In this document: piece by piece, positions 9,130-17,241 of the stretch
Numbering within the stretch: position 1 is the stretch's first letter
Layout of the letters: every line of letters starts with the position of its first letter
NCBI GenBank assembly: GCA_934772525.1
Contig: CAKVMI010000001.1
Location: forward strand, 182,613 to 246,612
Direction: 5' to 3'
Source of the DNA: an uncultured Clostridia bacterium
Lineage (GTDB): Bacteria > Bacillota > Clostridia > Christensenellales > UBA1242
Length of the DNA: 64,000 nt
Program-made: the position numbers and the translations under genes
The notes under the pieces: generated by a model
Database searches by the model: none
What the model was told of the DNA's origin: nothing
What the model saw: only the letters and a program-made list of their open reading frames with translations

Positions 9130-11688
9130 ATGAGAGCGAACACAAACATCACACTAAAAGATAGAATGAGTATTGAATTAAGCGACTTTAAGGGCGTTGA
9201 TTTTTCAAGCTCTCCTCTTCGTGTGTCTCAAAATCGTTCTCCGGACGCAAAGAACTTTATCAATGAGTACGGCGTAAATAAAAAGCGTCATGGCTGGAAA
9301 GAACTTTTCAGATTCAGAGACGAAAACAGAGAGCCATTAAGAATCAATGGTATTTATAAGTATATCAGAGGTTCTTATAATTGCTTTATTGTACACGCTG
9401 GAACAAAGTTTTTTAAGGTTGTGTTTGATTACACAAGTCAAAGGTATATTTCAACAGATATAACATTATCTTCAACATACGATGAATCTAAGGTAGTTGC
9501 TAATAAACTAAAAGACCAACGCTCACAATTCTTTTTGAATAAAGAGAGATTGTACATTATCGGTTGTGGCGATTTCTTAGTGTATGGCACTTGGGATAAT
9601 GGTTTAACTTATGAGCTTAGAAGAGTGGCTAATGATAAGGACACTTATGTCCCTACCACAACAATTTCTATTGACGACGATTCAGTAGAAGACAATGCAA
9701 GAGCTGCACTTGACGATATAAATATGCTTTGCTCTTATAGAATAAATCAACTAGTTGGCTCTTCGTCTACAAATAAGACTTGGACGCTTGATTCCGGAGA
9801 GATTGATAAGGATTCAGCAGTCGAAATTACACTTGAAACAATGGAGTCAAACAGAGCTGTTACTATTGAAATTAAAAACAATGGAACAGATAAGTCAATC
9901 TTATACAACACATCAACAAATGCAAAAGTTGGAACTATCAACTTTGCTACTGGCCAAATAACATTATCAATCACAACTACTCCACAGATTGCTAATAGAG
10001 ATAATATCTTTGTTAAGTTTAGTCATTTGGTAGACGGATATTTGGATAGAATTGTTAATTGTAATTTTGGAGTTTTATTCGGTGTAAATGGAAACTCAGA
10101 TAGATTATTTGTGAGTGGTAATAGTGAATTTGCAAATATAGACTTTCACTCTGAGTCAGACGATTTTACTTATTTTGGAGACTTAAACACATCTTCAATG
10201 GGTAGTAGCTCTGTGGCCGTAGCTGGTTATGGCAGACTTAGTGATAGCACGCTTGTTATCTACAAAGAAGACAACGCACAAGAGGCTAATATCTTTTATA
10301 GAAATGGTACTTTGCAAGAAACATACGATTCAAATGGTAATCTTGAAAGTATCAGAGCTGTATTCCCTACAACAGCCGGCTCTATTGGAGAGGGTGTTAT
10401 AAGTAGATATGCAACAGCCAACTTTGCCGGAGACAACTTGATATTATCAAGAAACGGCGTATATGGAATTGTATTGCCAAACAACATCACAGCAAGTGAA
10501 AGATATGCTCGTGAGCGCAGTAGAACAATAAACGAAAAGCTTACAAGATATAGCTCATTAAAAGAGGCTGTTGGAATTGTTTGGGCTAACAAATATCTAT
10601 TAGCTATTGAGGGCGATTGTTTTGTAGCTGACGCTAGATTCAAATTTACAAGCGAAAGCGATTTGGACGGCTCTTATAACTATGAGTGGTGGTTTTGGGA
10701 TAACATACCAGCGAGAGTTTGGGCGAATATCGAAAATGAATTGTACTTTGGTAGTGCAGACGGACAAGTTTGTGTATTTGACGAGCAGTACATTGACAGA
10801 GAATACGAAGAAACTCAATCCGGAGACCTTTTAATCTCTGTTGCAGATAACAAAGTAACATACAATAAGACTTATTTAGACGATTTAGCAGATAATGACA
10901 CAATCAAATTCAACTCTGACGGAATTTATGCTTTGGAGTTGGGTGTACAAGATTTGTTGTCGGTGGCGGATAATCGAATCAAAGTAAGCGAAGATAAAAT
11001 CTCTGAGCTTTATGTTGGAACAGAACTTTATGCAGACCATGTAGCAGCTAGTGGACTTAGCGTAAATAAAAAATACATTATATCAGATGTAGACGCTGGT
11101 GCTTGTACATTTACACTAGAAGACGAAAACGGAAACGCTGTTAGCGTGAAAGACATAGGATTCAGACTTAGCAGAAACTTAAAGAATATTGAGCTTTATC
11201 TATGCAACACTACAAAGACCAATTTTGAGCTTAAATACTACAAAGACTCTAATCCTATAAGATTAGTCGCATACAACAATATATCTCCAACAAACGCACT
11301 TGCAAGTCTTGTAACGAATAGAAATGTAGTCGCTGTTTGGACTACTCCAATCCTAGATTTTGGAACTAACTCTCAGAGTAAGACGCTGCTACAATTAACG
11401 ATAGCTACCGAGCCTACTGTGAACGGAGAAATCACTTTTGGATATGATACAAAAGATGTTTCAAAAGCTATTCAAGCTAAGGGTGTAGCTGTGTTTGACT
11501 TTGATAATATCAACTTTGAAAATTTTTCATTTGATACCGGATTTGCAAGCTCATATACAAAGAAAGTAAAACAAAGAAATTTCAACTTTATAATTTTCAG
11601 ATTTGAATCTGACAACGAATATAATTGTGCCGTTAACACATTCTCGGTACTTTACAAGATAAACAAAATGAATAAAGGAGTAAGATAA
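9130..11688 (+). CDS. large virion/tail structural protein (852 aa)
   Basis: Tightly coupled to its neighbours. Beta-rich sequence in the structural module. Family not recognised by eye. Confidence 0.5.
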   Translation: MRANTNITLKDRMSIELSDFKGVDFSSSPLRVSQNRSPDAKNFINEYGVNKKRHGWKELFRFRDENREPLRINGIYKYIRGSYNCFIVHAGTKFFKVVFDYTSQRYISTDITLSSTYDESKVVANKLKDQRSQFFLNKERLYIIGCGDFLVYGTWDNGLTYELRRVANDKDTYVPTTTISIDDDSVEDNARAALDDINMLCSYRINQLVGSSSTNKTWTLDSGEIDKDSAVEITLETMESNRAVTIEIKNNGTDKSILYNTSTNAKVGTINFATGQITLSITTTPQIANRDNIFVKFSHLVDGYLDRIVNCNFGVLFGVNGNSDRLFVSGNSEFANIDFHSESDDFTYFGDLNTSSMGSSSVAVAGYGRLSDSTLVIYKEDNAQEANIFYRNGTLQETYDSNGNLESIRAVFPTTAGSIGEGVISRYATANFAGDNLILSRNGVYGIVLPNNITASERYARERSRTINEKLTRYSSLKEAVGIVWANKYLLAIEGDCFVADARFKFTSESDLDGSYNYEWWFWDNIPARVWANIENELYFGSADGQVCVFDEQYIDREYEETQSGDLLISVADNKVTYNKTYLDDLADNDTIKFNSDGIYALELGVQDLLSVADNRIKVSEDKISELYVGTELYADHVAASGLSVNKKYIISDVDAGACTFTLEDENGNAVSVKDIGFRLSRNLKNIELYLCNTTKTNFELKYYKDSNPIRLVAYNNISPTNALASLVTNRNVVAVWTTPILDFGTNSQSKTLLQLTIATEPTVNGEITFGYDTKDVSKAIQAKGVAVFDFDNINFENFSFDTGFASSYTKKVKQRNFNFIIFRFESDNEYNCAVNTFSVLYKINKMNKGVR

Positions 11689-11689
11689 C

Positions 11690-12256
11690 ATGAGTGTAAA
11701 ACCTACAACCAATGCAACATTAAACGCCATGAAAAGAAAATCTGCTCAGACATTACCTAATAGGCCTAGTAACCAAGGTATGTCGGCGGAGCAGATTAAA
11801 AATGCGTTTTGGAAATTTGTTTTAGACAATGAAGATTCTATTGTTTCTGAAATAGCAAGAATCATAAATGAAACAAACAGCGAACTAGCAAAGAGACTTG
11901 TTAAGCTGACAAATGCTCAATTAACAGAGATTGTTAAAAATCATTTCTTAGAAAATTATGAGCTTAATAATGGCGATTTGTTTATTGCAATAGACGACGG
12001 CGATTATAAAGTTGGCCACATATATAAACTATCTACTTTGGAAAGCAACTATGGATTCACAGATGTTACTCAACAAGAACTAGATAAAAAGTTTACAAAA
12101 AACAGAACAGCTGCTAACGCAAAGAAAACTCTAACTATTGGAGAAGACGGCGAAACAATCGAAACCGATTATATCCATATTGGAGATATAAAAATACAAA
12201 AAGGGACAGAAGACGGAAGTCCTTACATAGAGTTTGTGTTCCCAGAGGAGGCATGA
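11690..12256 (+). CDS. hypothetical virion protein (188 aa)
   Basis: Starts 2 nt after the previous stop. Its stop overlaps the next start (ATGA). Confidence 0.5.
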   Translation: MSVKPTTNATLNAMKRKSAQTLPNRPSNQGMSAEQIKNAFWKFVLDNEDSIVSEIARIINETNSELAKRLVKLTNAQLTEIVKNHFLENYELNNGDLFIAIDDGDYKVGHIYKLSTLESNYGFTDVTQQELDKKFTKNRTAANAKKTLTIGEDGETIETDYIHIGDIKIQKGTEDGSPYIEFVFPEEA

Positions 12257-12732
12257 TGGGAAAATTAAAATTTAGAAAACCAAAAACCGATGAATATTTA
12301 GGTATTCCGCCAGTGGGCATAATTCTAGCATTTTCAAAAGAAGTAAGCCCAGCGCAAATTTACGGTGGGACTTGGGAACGCTGTGGTCAAGGTAAGACAC
12401 TTGTTGGTGTAAACGAAAGCGATAACGATTTTATAGCACCTACAACAGTGATTGCGGAAAACGGTAATCTTTCCGTAACTGAAAAAACTGGCGGAGAGAA
12501 GACGCATACACTTTCTGTGAGTGAACTTGCAACTCACGACCACCAGTTATTAAGATATCCTGATGCTAAGTATCAGGCTGGGTTTGGAGGCAGTACTCAT
12601 ACGGGTATTTTGTCAGAAACGGCAGCAAATGTCTTTATCGGAAACATAATGACTGATACCCGAGGTGGCAATCAACCCCATAACAACCTACAACCATATA
12701 TGACCGCATATTTTTGGCGTAGAATAGCATAA
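12253..12732 (+). CDS. tail fibre protein with phage tail-collar domain (paralog 1)
   Basis: GAGGAGG RBS. Motifs TGGEKTHTLSVSELATHDH ... GGNQPHNNLQPY ... FWRRIA match the tail-collar/MdpB-type signature. Confidence 0.7.
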   Translation: MMGKLKFRKPKTDEYLGIPPVGIILAFSKEVSPAQIYGGTWERCGQGKTLVGVNESDNDFIAPTTVIAENGNLSVTEKTGGEKTHTLSVSELATHDHQLLRYPDAKYQAGFGGSTHTGILSETAANVFIGNIMTDTRGGNQPHNNLQPYMTAYFWRRIA

Positions 12733-12746
12733 AGGAGCAAAAGATT

Positions 12747-13217
12747 ATGAGTAAACCAACAATTAAAATAACCCGTAAAAATGGCAGTTTCGCCATTAAA
12801 ACCACGGGGGGGGTAACTCTCAACGACCGAACAGTTGTTGATACAACTGGTGTGTTTGGGGCGTTCCCTATTGGCTCAATTTATTTGAGCGTAAATTCCA
12901 CAAGTCCTGCTTCACTCTTTGGTGGCACTTGGGAGCAATTAAGTGCAGACGCTTATTTTAAAATCGTCACAAGCAACGGCGGAAATCTTGGAGGTACAAG
13001 TAGTAGTCATAAGATACCTATTGGAAGTATGCCTAGCCATGTGCATACAAAGTATATGAGTGACGGAACGGAAACAAACGAGCCTTTGGTGACAAGAATA
13101 CCACACTTTGTTTGGAATAAACATGGTCAAGCATACATTGATACCGAGGCAAGCGGTGGCGGACAACCTTATTATCCATACTACTATGGTGTTTATGCTT
13201 GGATTAGAATAAATTAA
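12747..13217 (+). CDS. tail fibre protein with phage tail-collar domain (paralog 2, contains G8 tract)
   Basis: GGTSSSHKIPIGSMPSHVH ... GGGQPYYPY ... AWIRIN. The N-terminus is colinear with paralog 3. Confidence 0.7.
   Translation: MSKPTIKITRKNGSFAIKTTGGVTLNDRTVVDTTGVFGAFPIGSIYLSVNSTSPASLFGGTWEQLSADAYFKIVTSNGGNLGGTSSSHKIPIGSMPSHVHTKYMSDGTETNEPLVTRIPHFVWNKHGQAYIDTEASGGGQPYYPYYYGVYAWIRIN
12806..12813 (+). repeat. G8 homopolymer inside fibre paralog 2 (encodes GG of TTGGVTLN)
   Basis: Counted directly: ...accacGGGGGGGGtaactc... Confidence 0.95.
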
Positions 13218-13233
13218 ATTTTTGGAGGAAATT

Positions 13234-13713
13234 ATGAAAATTTACAATCAATCAAAAACTGAAATTTTAGAAAACCCAAATCTTGAATTGGGATATTTAA
13301 AAGCAGATAAAAGAGTTGTGGAAGTAGTCCCTGCTCAATCGGAAATAAAAGAGCAATTCCATTACGATTATAACGAGTATAAAAACGAAAAAGGCGAAGT
13401 TTATGGTCGTGACCGAATTAAAGTCGTTGATGTTCCTTATCAACCAGCAGTGGAAGAACACGAAGTTTTGGAAGATATACAAGTGTATATTCCATATACA
13501 GACGCCGAATTGCTAGAAAAGAAAAAACAATCTTTAAGAAATTGGCGAGAAAAATACTTCACAGTCATTGACCGTGCGGTATGGTTTGCTTGTCTTACAA
13601 GTGCCGAGCATGAAGAAGTTAAAACATTTAGACAAGCCTTACTAGATATAACGGACACATTAACATATCCAACCGTTCCTGATTGTGTTCAATCTCAAAT
13701 CAAGGAGGATTAA
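13234..13713 (+). CDS. tail fibre assembly chaperone-like protein
   Basis: GGAGG then ATG 13234. C-terminal LRNWREKYFTVIDRAVW...EEVKTFRQALLDITDTLTYPTVP resembles the YRQALRDI...P motif of fibre-assembly chaperones. Located between fibre genes. Confidence 0.5.
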   Translation: MKIYNQSKTEILENPNLELGYLKADKRVVEVVPAQSEIKEQFHYDYNEYKNEKGEVYGRDRIKVVDVPYQPAVEEHEVLEDIQVYIPYTDAELLEKKKQSLRNWREKYFTVIDRAVWFACLTSAEHEEVKTFRQALLDITDTLTYPTVPDCVQSQIKED

Positions 13714-13716
13714 GAT

Positions 13717-14185
13717 ATGTCAAGTTTGAAAATAACAAAAGTTGCCAGCGGTGTAAATATTGCGGGGGGGGGTACTAACCCTCAATAATCAACCACTTGC
13801 AGTATTGCCAGTTGGTTCAATAATTGAAACTACAAGCACGATTTCCCCAGCCCAACTTTATGGCGGAACTTGGGAAGAATTTGGCAAAGGCAAAGTGTTA
13901 GTTGGTTGTGATGCAAACGACACACAGTTTAATGAAGTGTTAAAAACTGGTGGTGAAAAGACGCATACTTTAATTGTTGGCGAAATGCCTAGCCATTGTC
14001 ACGGAATAACCAGCACGTTAGGTAACACGGATTACAATGGTATGTATCCACTCATTAAACCATTTTATCCTTCAAGCCCTTGGCAAAAAATAGATGTTGA
14101 CAATTCACAATCAAGTGGAAATGACCGACCACATAACAACCTACAACCGTATATAGTTGTTTATAGGTGGCGAAGAATAGCATAA
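13717..14185 (+). pseudogene. tail-collar fibre paralog 3, interrupted by a +1 frameshift at a G9 tract (phase-OFF state or homopolymer error)
   Basis: AAGGAGG (13702-13708) then ATG 13717. That frame stops at TAA 13786-13788 after 23 codons. The collar domain (GGEKTHTLIVGEMPSHCH ... RPHNNLQPY ... RWRRIA) continues in the +1 frame to 14185. One G fewer gives a 155-aa ORF colinear with paralog 2. Confidence 0.75.
13764..13772 (+). repeat. G9 homopolymer at the frameshift point of fibre paralog 3
   Basis: Counted directly: ...attgcGGGGGGGGGtactaacc... Confidence 0.95.
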
Positions 14186-14201
14186 AAATTTTGGAGGAAT
14201 T

Positions 14202-15251
14202 ATGAATAGAATAACAAGCTTAATCAGAAAGAATATTGGCATTATTGTTTCTATTGTGGGCTTGGCCTTACTTGTAATCCTTACCTTTGGAGATATGGGA
14301 GAATTTTTGACAGAGGAATATTGGAAGAATGTCGGTGGGAATTTATCCTCAATTAGTGCATTAACAATAGGACTTGTCTTGATTCAAACATCAATAAAGC
14401 AAGGTATAAGTGAACAAGCGTTGTCGGCCGGTTTGAATACAACAAACACAACAGAAAAGTATAAAGAACATAAAAAACTTGTTAAAGACAATCAAGAGAA
14501 ACATGTGTACTTGCCATATTTCTTAGCTATAAGGAATAAACGAGAAACTAGACGCAGAAAGCGTGAGTTTTTAGTGGATAACAATTTTACAAGTGAAAAG
14601 ATGTTGAGAACGAGTGGTAAAACAAGACTTATTAAAGCTTATGACGCTATTCAAACCAACATTACGGTAGACAGCATTAAGTGGTCCACTACGGAAATTG
14701 TTTATAACAAAAACGGAAGAATTGAAAAGCTAGAAACTTATCGAAAAAAAAGATTAGTTAAAGGATTAGTGACTGGAATTATTTTTATGATTGCTACAAC
14801 ATTCATAACTGGTGGGCTATTTCTTGATACAGCTCAGATTCCGTTTTGGCAAAAGATTATTAAACTTGTTACATATCTAATTACAATAGCCCTATCTGTA
14901 TTATTTGACATAGGCAAGAACTACGAAAAAGGTGCTTTTGGTGTTCCTAATGAATTAGAAGAAATCAATAGTATTTGGGAAGAATTTGCCAGCTGGGAAA
15001 TTCCTAGCTGGGTAAAGAAAGAGATTGAAGATAACGAAAAACAAGAAAACTTAGAAGAACAGCCGCAAGAACAAAAAGAAACGCCTCAGCAAGAATTCAA
15101 AGAGTCGATTGTTGAGGAAATAAAACCGATATTATTAGGCTTTGGAAATATAGAATCTATTAAGGAGGAAGATTATGAGTCAGACAGAGAAGAAAGCGTT
15201 GGCGCCGGAACAGATATACAAGAGAAACCAATTCAGAGCGAAGATATTTAA
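14202..15251 (+). CDS. phage membrane protein (349 aa, about 4 TM helices, acidic Q/E-rich tail)
   Basis: GGAGG RBS. Hydrophobic helices IGIIVSIVGLALLVILTF, ISALTIGLVLIQ, GLVTGIIFMIATTFITGGLF, LVTYLITIALSVLF. Confidence 0.6.
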   Translation: MNRITSLIRKNIGIIVSIVGLALLVILTFGDMGEFLTEEYWKNVGGNLSSISALTIGLVLIQTSIKQGISEQALSAGLNTTNTTEKYKEHKKLVKDNQEKHVYLPYFLAIRNKRETRRRKREFLVDNNFTSEKMLRTSGKTRLIKAYDAIQTNITVDSIKWSTTEIVYNKNGRIEKLETYRKKRLVKGLVTGIIFMIATTFITGGLFLDTAQIPFWQKIIKLVTYLITIALSVLFDIGKNYEKGAFGVPNELEEINSIWEEFASWEIPSWVKKEIEDNEKQENLEEQPQEQKETPQQEFKESIVEEIKPILLGFGNIESIKEEDYESDREESVGAGTDIQEKPIQSEDI

Positions 15252-15693
15252 AACACTCGCTCCCATTGTGTTTTGGGTATTTCTTGGATTAAGTATCTTA
15301 TTCTTTATTCTTATGATAGGAAATAGTGTTGGAAACATCACAGATATTATCTCATTACTAGATAAAGACAAGTACACCGGAGAGCAACTACAACAGAATT
15401 ATCAACACCTTGTTGAGAAATGGGGAGAATGGACGATTGTAGGAAAGAACGCTGGAATGTTTAGTATTCAATTTATTGATATAAGACAAGCATTTTTTAG
15501 TGGGCTTATGATTACTTTCTTAACGCTTGGAATTGTTTGTTTAATAATTTCAGTTGTGGCCGGAAAGATAGTGTTGCCAAAGCTTGCACAATATTTCACG
15601 GATAACAATCAAAGCATGGTAGATATAGCTACTTTACAAACTCATGCAGAGGTTACAAAAAATAATAAAAAAGATAAGGAGGGCTGGTTTTAA
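15175..15693 (+). CDS. phage membrane protein (172 aa, about 3 TM helices)
   Basis: AAGGAGG RBS before ATG 15175. Overlaps the previous gene by 77 nt in another frame. Confidence 0.55.
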   Translation: MSQTEKKALAPEQIYKRNQFRAKIFKTLAPIVFWVFLGLSILFFILMIGNSVGNITDIISLLDKDKYTGEQLQQNYQHLVEKWGEWTIVGKNAGMFSIQFIDIRQAFFSGLMITFLTLGIVCLIISVVAGKIVLPKLAQYFTDNNQSMVDIATLQTHAEVTKNNKKDKEGWF

Positions 15694-16112
15694 TGGGATA
15701 TGAACAAATACAAAATTTCTTAACTCTTCCAAATTTGCCGGATATAATTACTTACATTTTATATGGAATTGTCTTGATTGTAATTGCTTTTGTTAAAGCT
15801 TTTGTAAAGAAAGACAATAAAAATACTTTAACTTTTGTAAATAGCAGGTCAGACGAACTTGTACAAGCTAAGAAAGAGCTTAAAGAATGTAGAGAGGAAC
15901 TTGCAAAAGAGCGTAAGCTGCATAATCAAGAACGAGAAGAATGGCGAGCAGAAATGGATATAATGAAACAAGCTATAAGATTAAGTTCGAGAAATACAAA
16001 AGATTTGGTGTCTACTGGTGTGGCCAACAAAATTGCTAAGATGTTGCCGCTGGAAGAAGACAAAGACAATATTGAGGTAAAAAATATCGAGGAGGAGTCA
16101 ACAAATGAGTAA
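15693..16112 (+). CDS. phage membrane-anchored coiled-coil protein (139 aa)
   Basis: TAATG overlap with the previous gene. N-terminal TM (IITYILYGIVLIVIAFV), then a charged helix. Confidence 0.55.
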   Translation: MGYEQIQNFLTLPNLPDIITYILYGIVLIVIAFVKAFVKKDNKNTLTFVNSRSDELVQAKKELKECREELAKERKLHNQEREEWRAEMDIMKQAIRLSSRNTKDLVSTGVANKIAKMLPLEEDKDNIEVKNIEEESTNE

Positions 16113-17220
16113 AACTTATGACGCAAACTTTGAAGAATGGTATAAAAGATTATTTAATAAGAAATTCGACAAAAACACCGATTCTCTAACCAAAACAGAG
16201 AATATGTCAGACGAAGAATTTGAGCTCGGCACTAACTTGTATAACGCCTACTTACAAAAGAATAACCTTCTTGACCAATACAATAGAGCAAATACAAGTT
16301 TAGAAAAAGAGAAAACTCAGTCTCAACAACAGGCTAGTATTCAACTAGATAAACTTAAAAAATATATTCCTGCCCAGATTAAGGCACAAGGCTTGGGTGG
16401 ACTTGGTGTTTCTGAGTCTACATTACTTAAAGCTAATAGCGATTATCAAAACAGAATGGGACAAATCGCCTCAAATGTTGGCGCTAGGCAATTAGACTTA
16501 TTGCAAAGCTACAATAGTGGCGTGTCAGATGTAGATAAAAACTTGGCAAATGCAAACCAAGCCACATTGACTAAGTACCAAGAAATAACTAGACAGCAAG
16601 AAGAGACGGCTCGTCAAGAAAGAGAACAACAAAAAGCATTAGTTGATAATTACTATCGAAATGAAATGCTTTTAAATCCGGACTACTTTACAGAAGACGG
16701 CAGCAGATTAACAGAAGACGGAAAAAATAAAATAAAAGAATACCTTGACTCAAACAAAGATGTTTTGGGCGAAGAGTTATACAATACTTACTTAATCGAA
16801 TTAGAGTCTCGTCCGGTTTACACTAATAAAGAAAAAGCTGAGACAGAAGAGACTGCAAGAGTAGAACTTGAAAACCAAAGTAAAGCTCATTCTTTGGGCG
16901 GACATGGTAACGGAATTTCGGCAGAAGAGGCGACAGAGGCGACTTTCGGTAATTATAATGATTCCGGTAAGGCTGGCTCAAAACAAAGCGTTATGGTTGA
17001 TAGAATCATTAGTAAAGCAAGGAGAGGCGAGATTGCTGACGGAACATACATTGACTTTAACTATGGTGCTGGCTGGGTTTTTAATTCTGGCAGCATTTAT
17101 GTTTACTATGGTGGCAAATTCTATCCAACAACATATACAAGGCGAGAAGCAATGAAAATGGCAGAAAATGGTAAAATCGTTCTTGGTTATGATTATAACG
17201 AAATATACACAAAAGTATAA
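16105..17220 (+). CDS. hypothetical virion/internal protein (371 aa)
   Basis: Overlaps the previous stop by 8 nt. Q/E-rich coiled-coil N-terminal half and a globular C-terminal part. Confidence 0.5.
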   Translation: MSKTYDANFEEWYKRLFNKKFDKNTDSLTKTENMSDEEFELGTNLYNAYLQKNNLLDQYNRANTSLEKEKTQSQQQASIQLDKLKKYIPAQIKAQGLGGLGVSESTLLKANSDYQNRMGQIASNVGARQLDLLQSYNSGVSDVDKNLANANQATLTKYQEITRQQEETARQEREQQKALVDNYYRNEMLLNPDYFTEDGSRLTEDGKNKIKEYLDSNKDVLGEELYNTYLIELESRPVYTNKEKAETEETARVELENQSKAHSLGGHGNGISAEEATEATFGNYNDSGKAGSKQSVMVDRIISKARRGEIADGTYIDFNYGAGWVFNSGSIYVYYGGKFYPTTYTRREAMKMAENGKIVLGYDYNEIYTKV

Positions 17221-17241
17221 CTAAACATAAAAGGAGAATGT

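Noticed and set aside
12253-14185. Diversity-generating retroelement acting on the fibre paralogs.
   Set aside because: There is no reverse transcriptase gene and no template/variable repeat pair with adenine-specific mismatches. The paralogs differ throughout.
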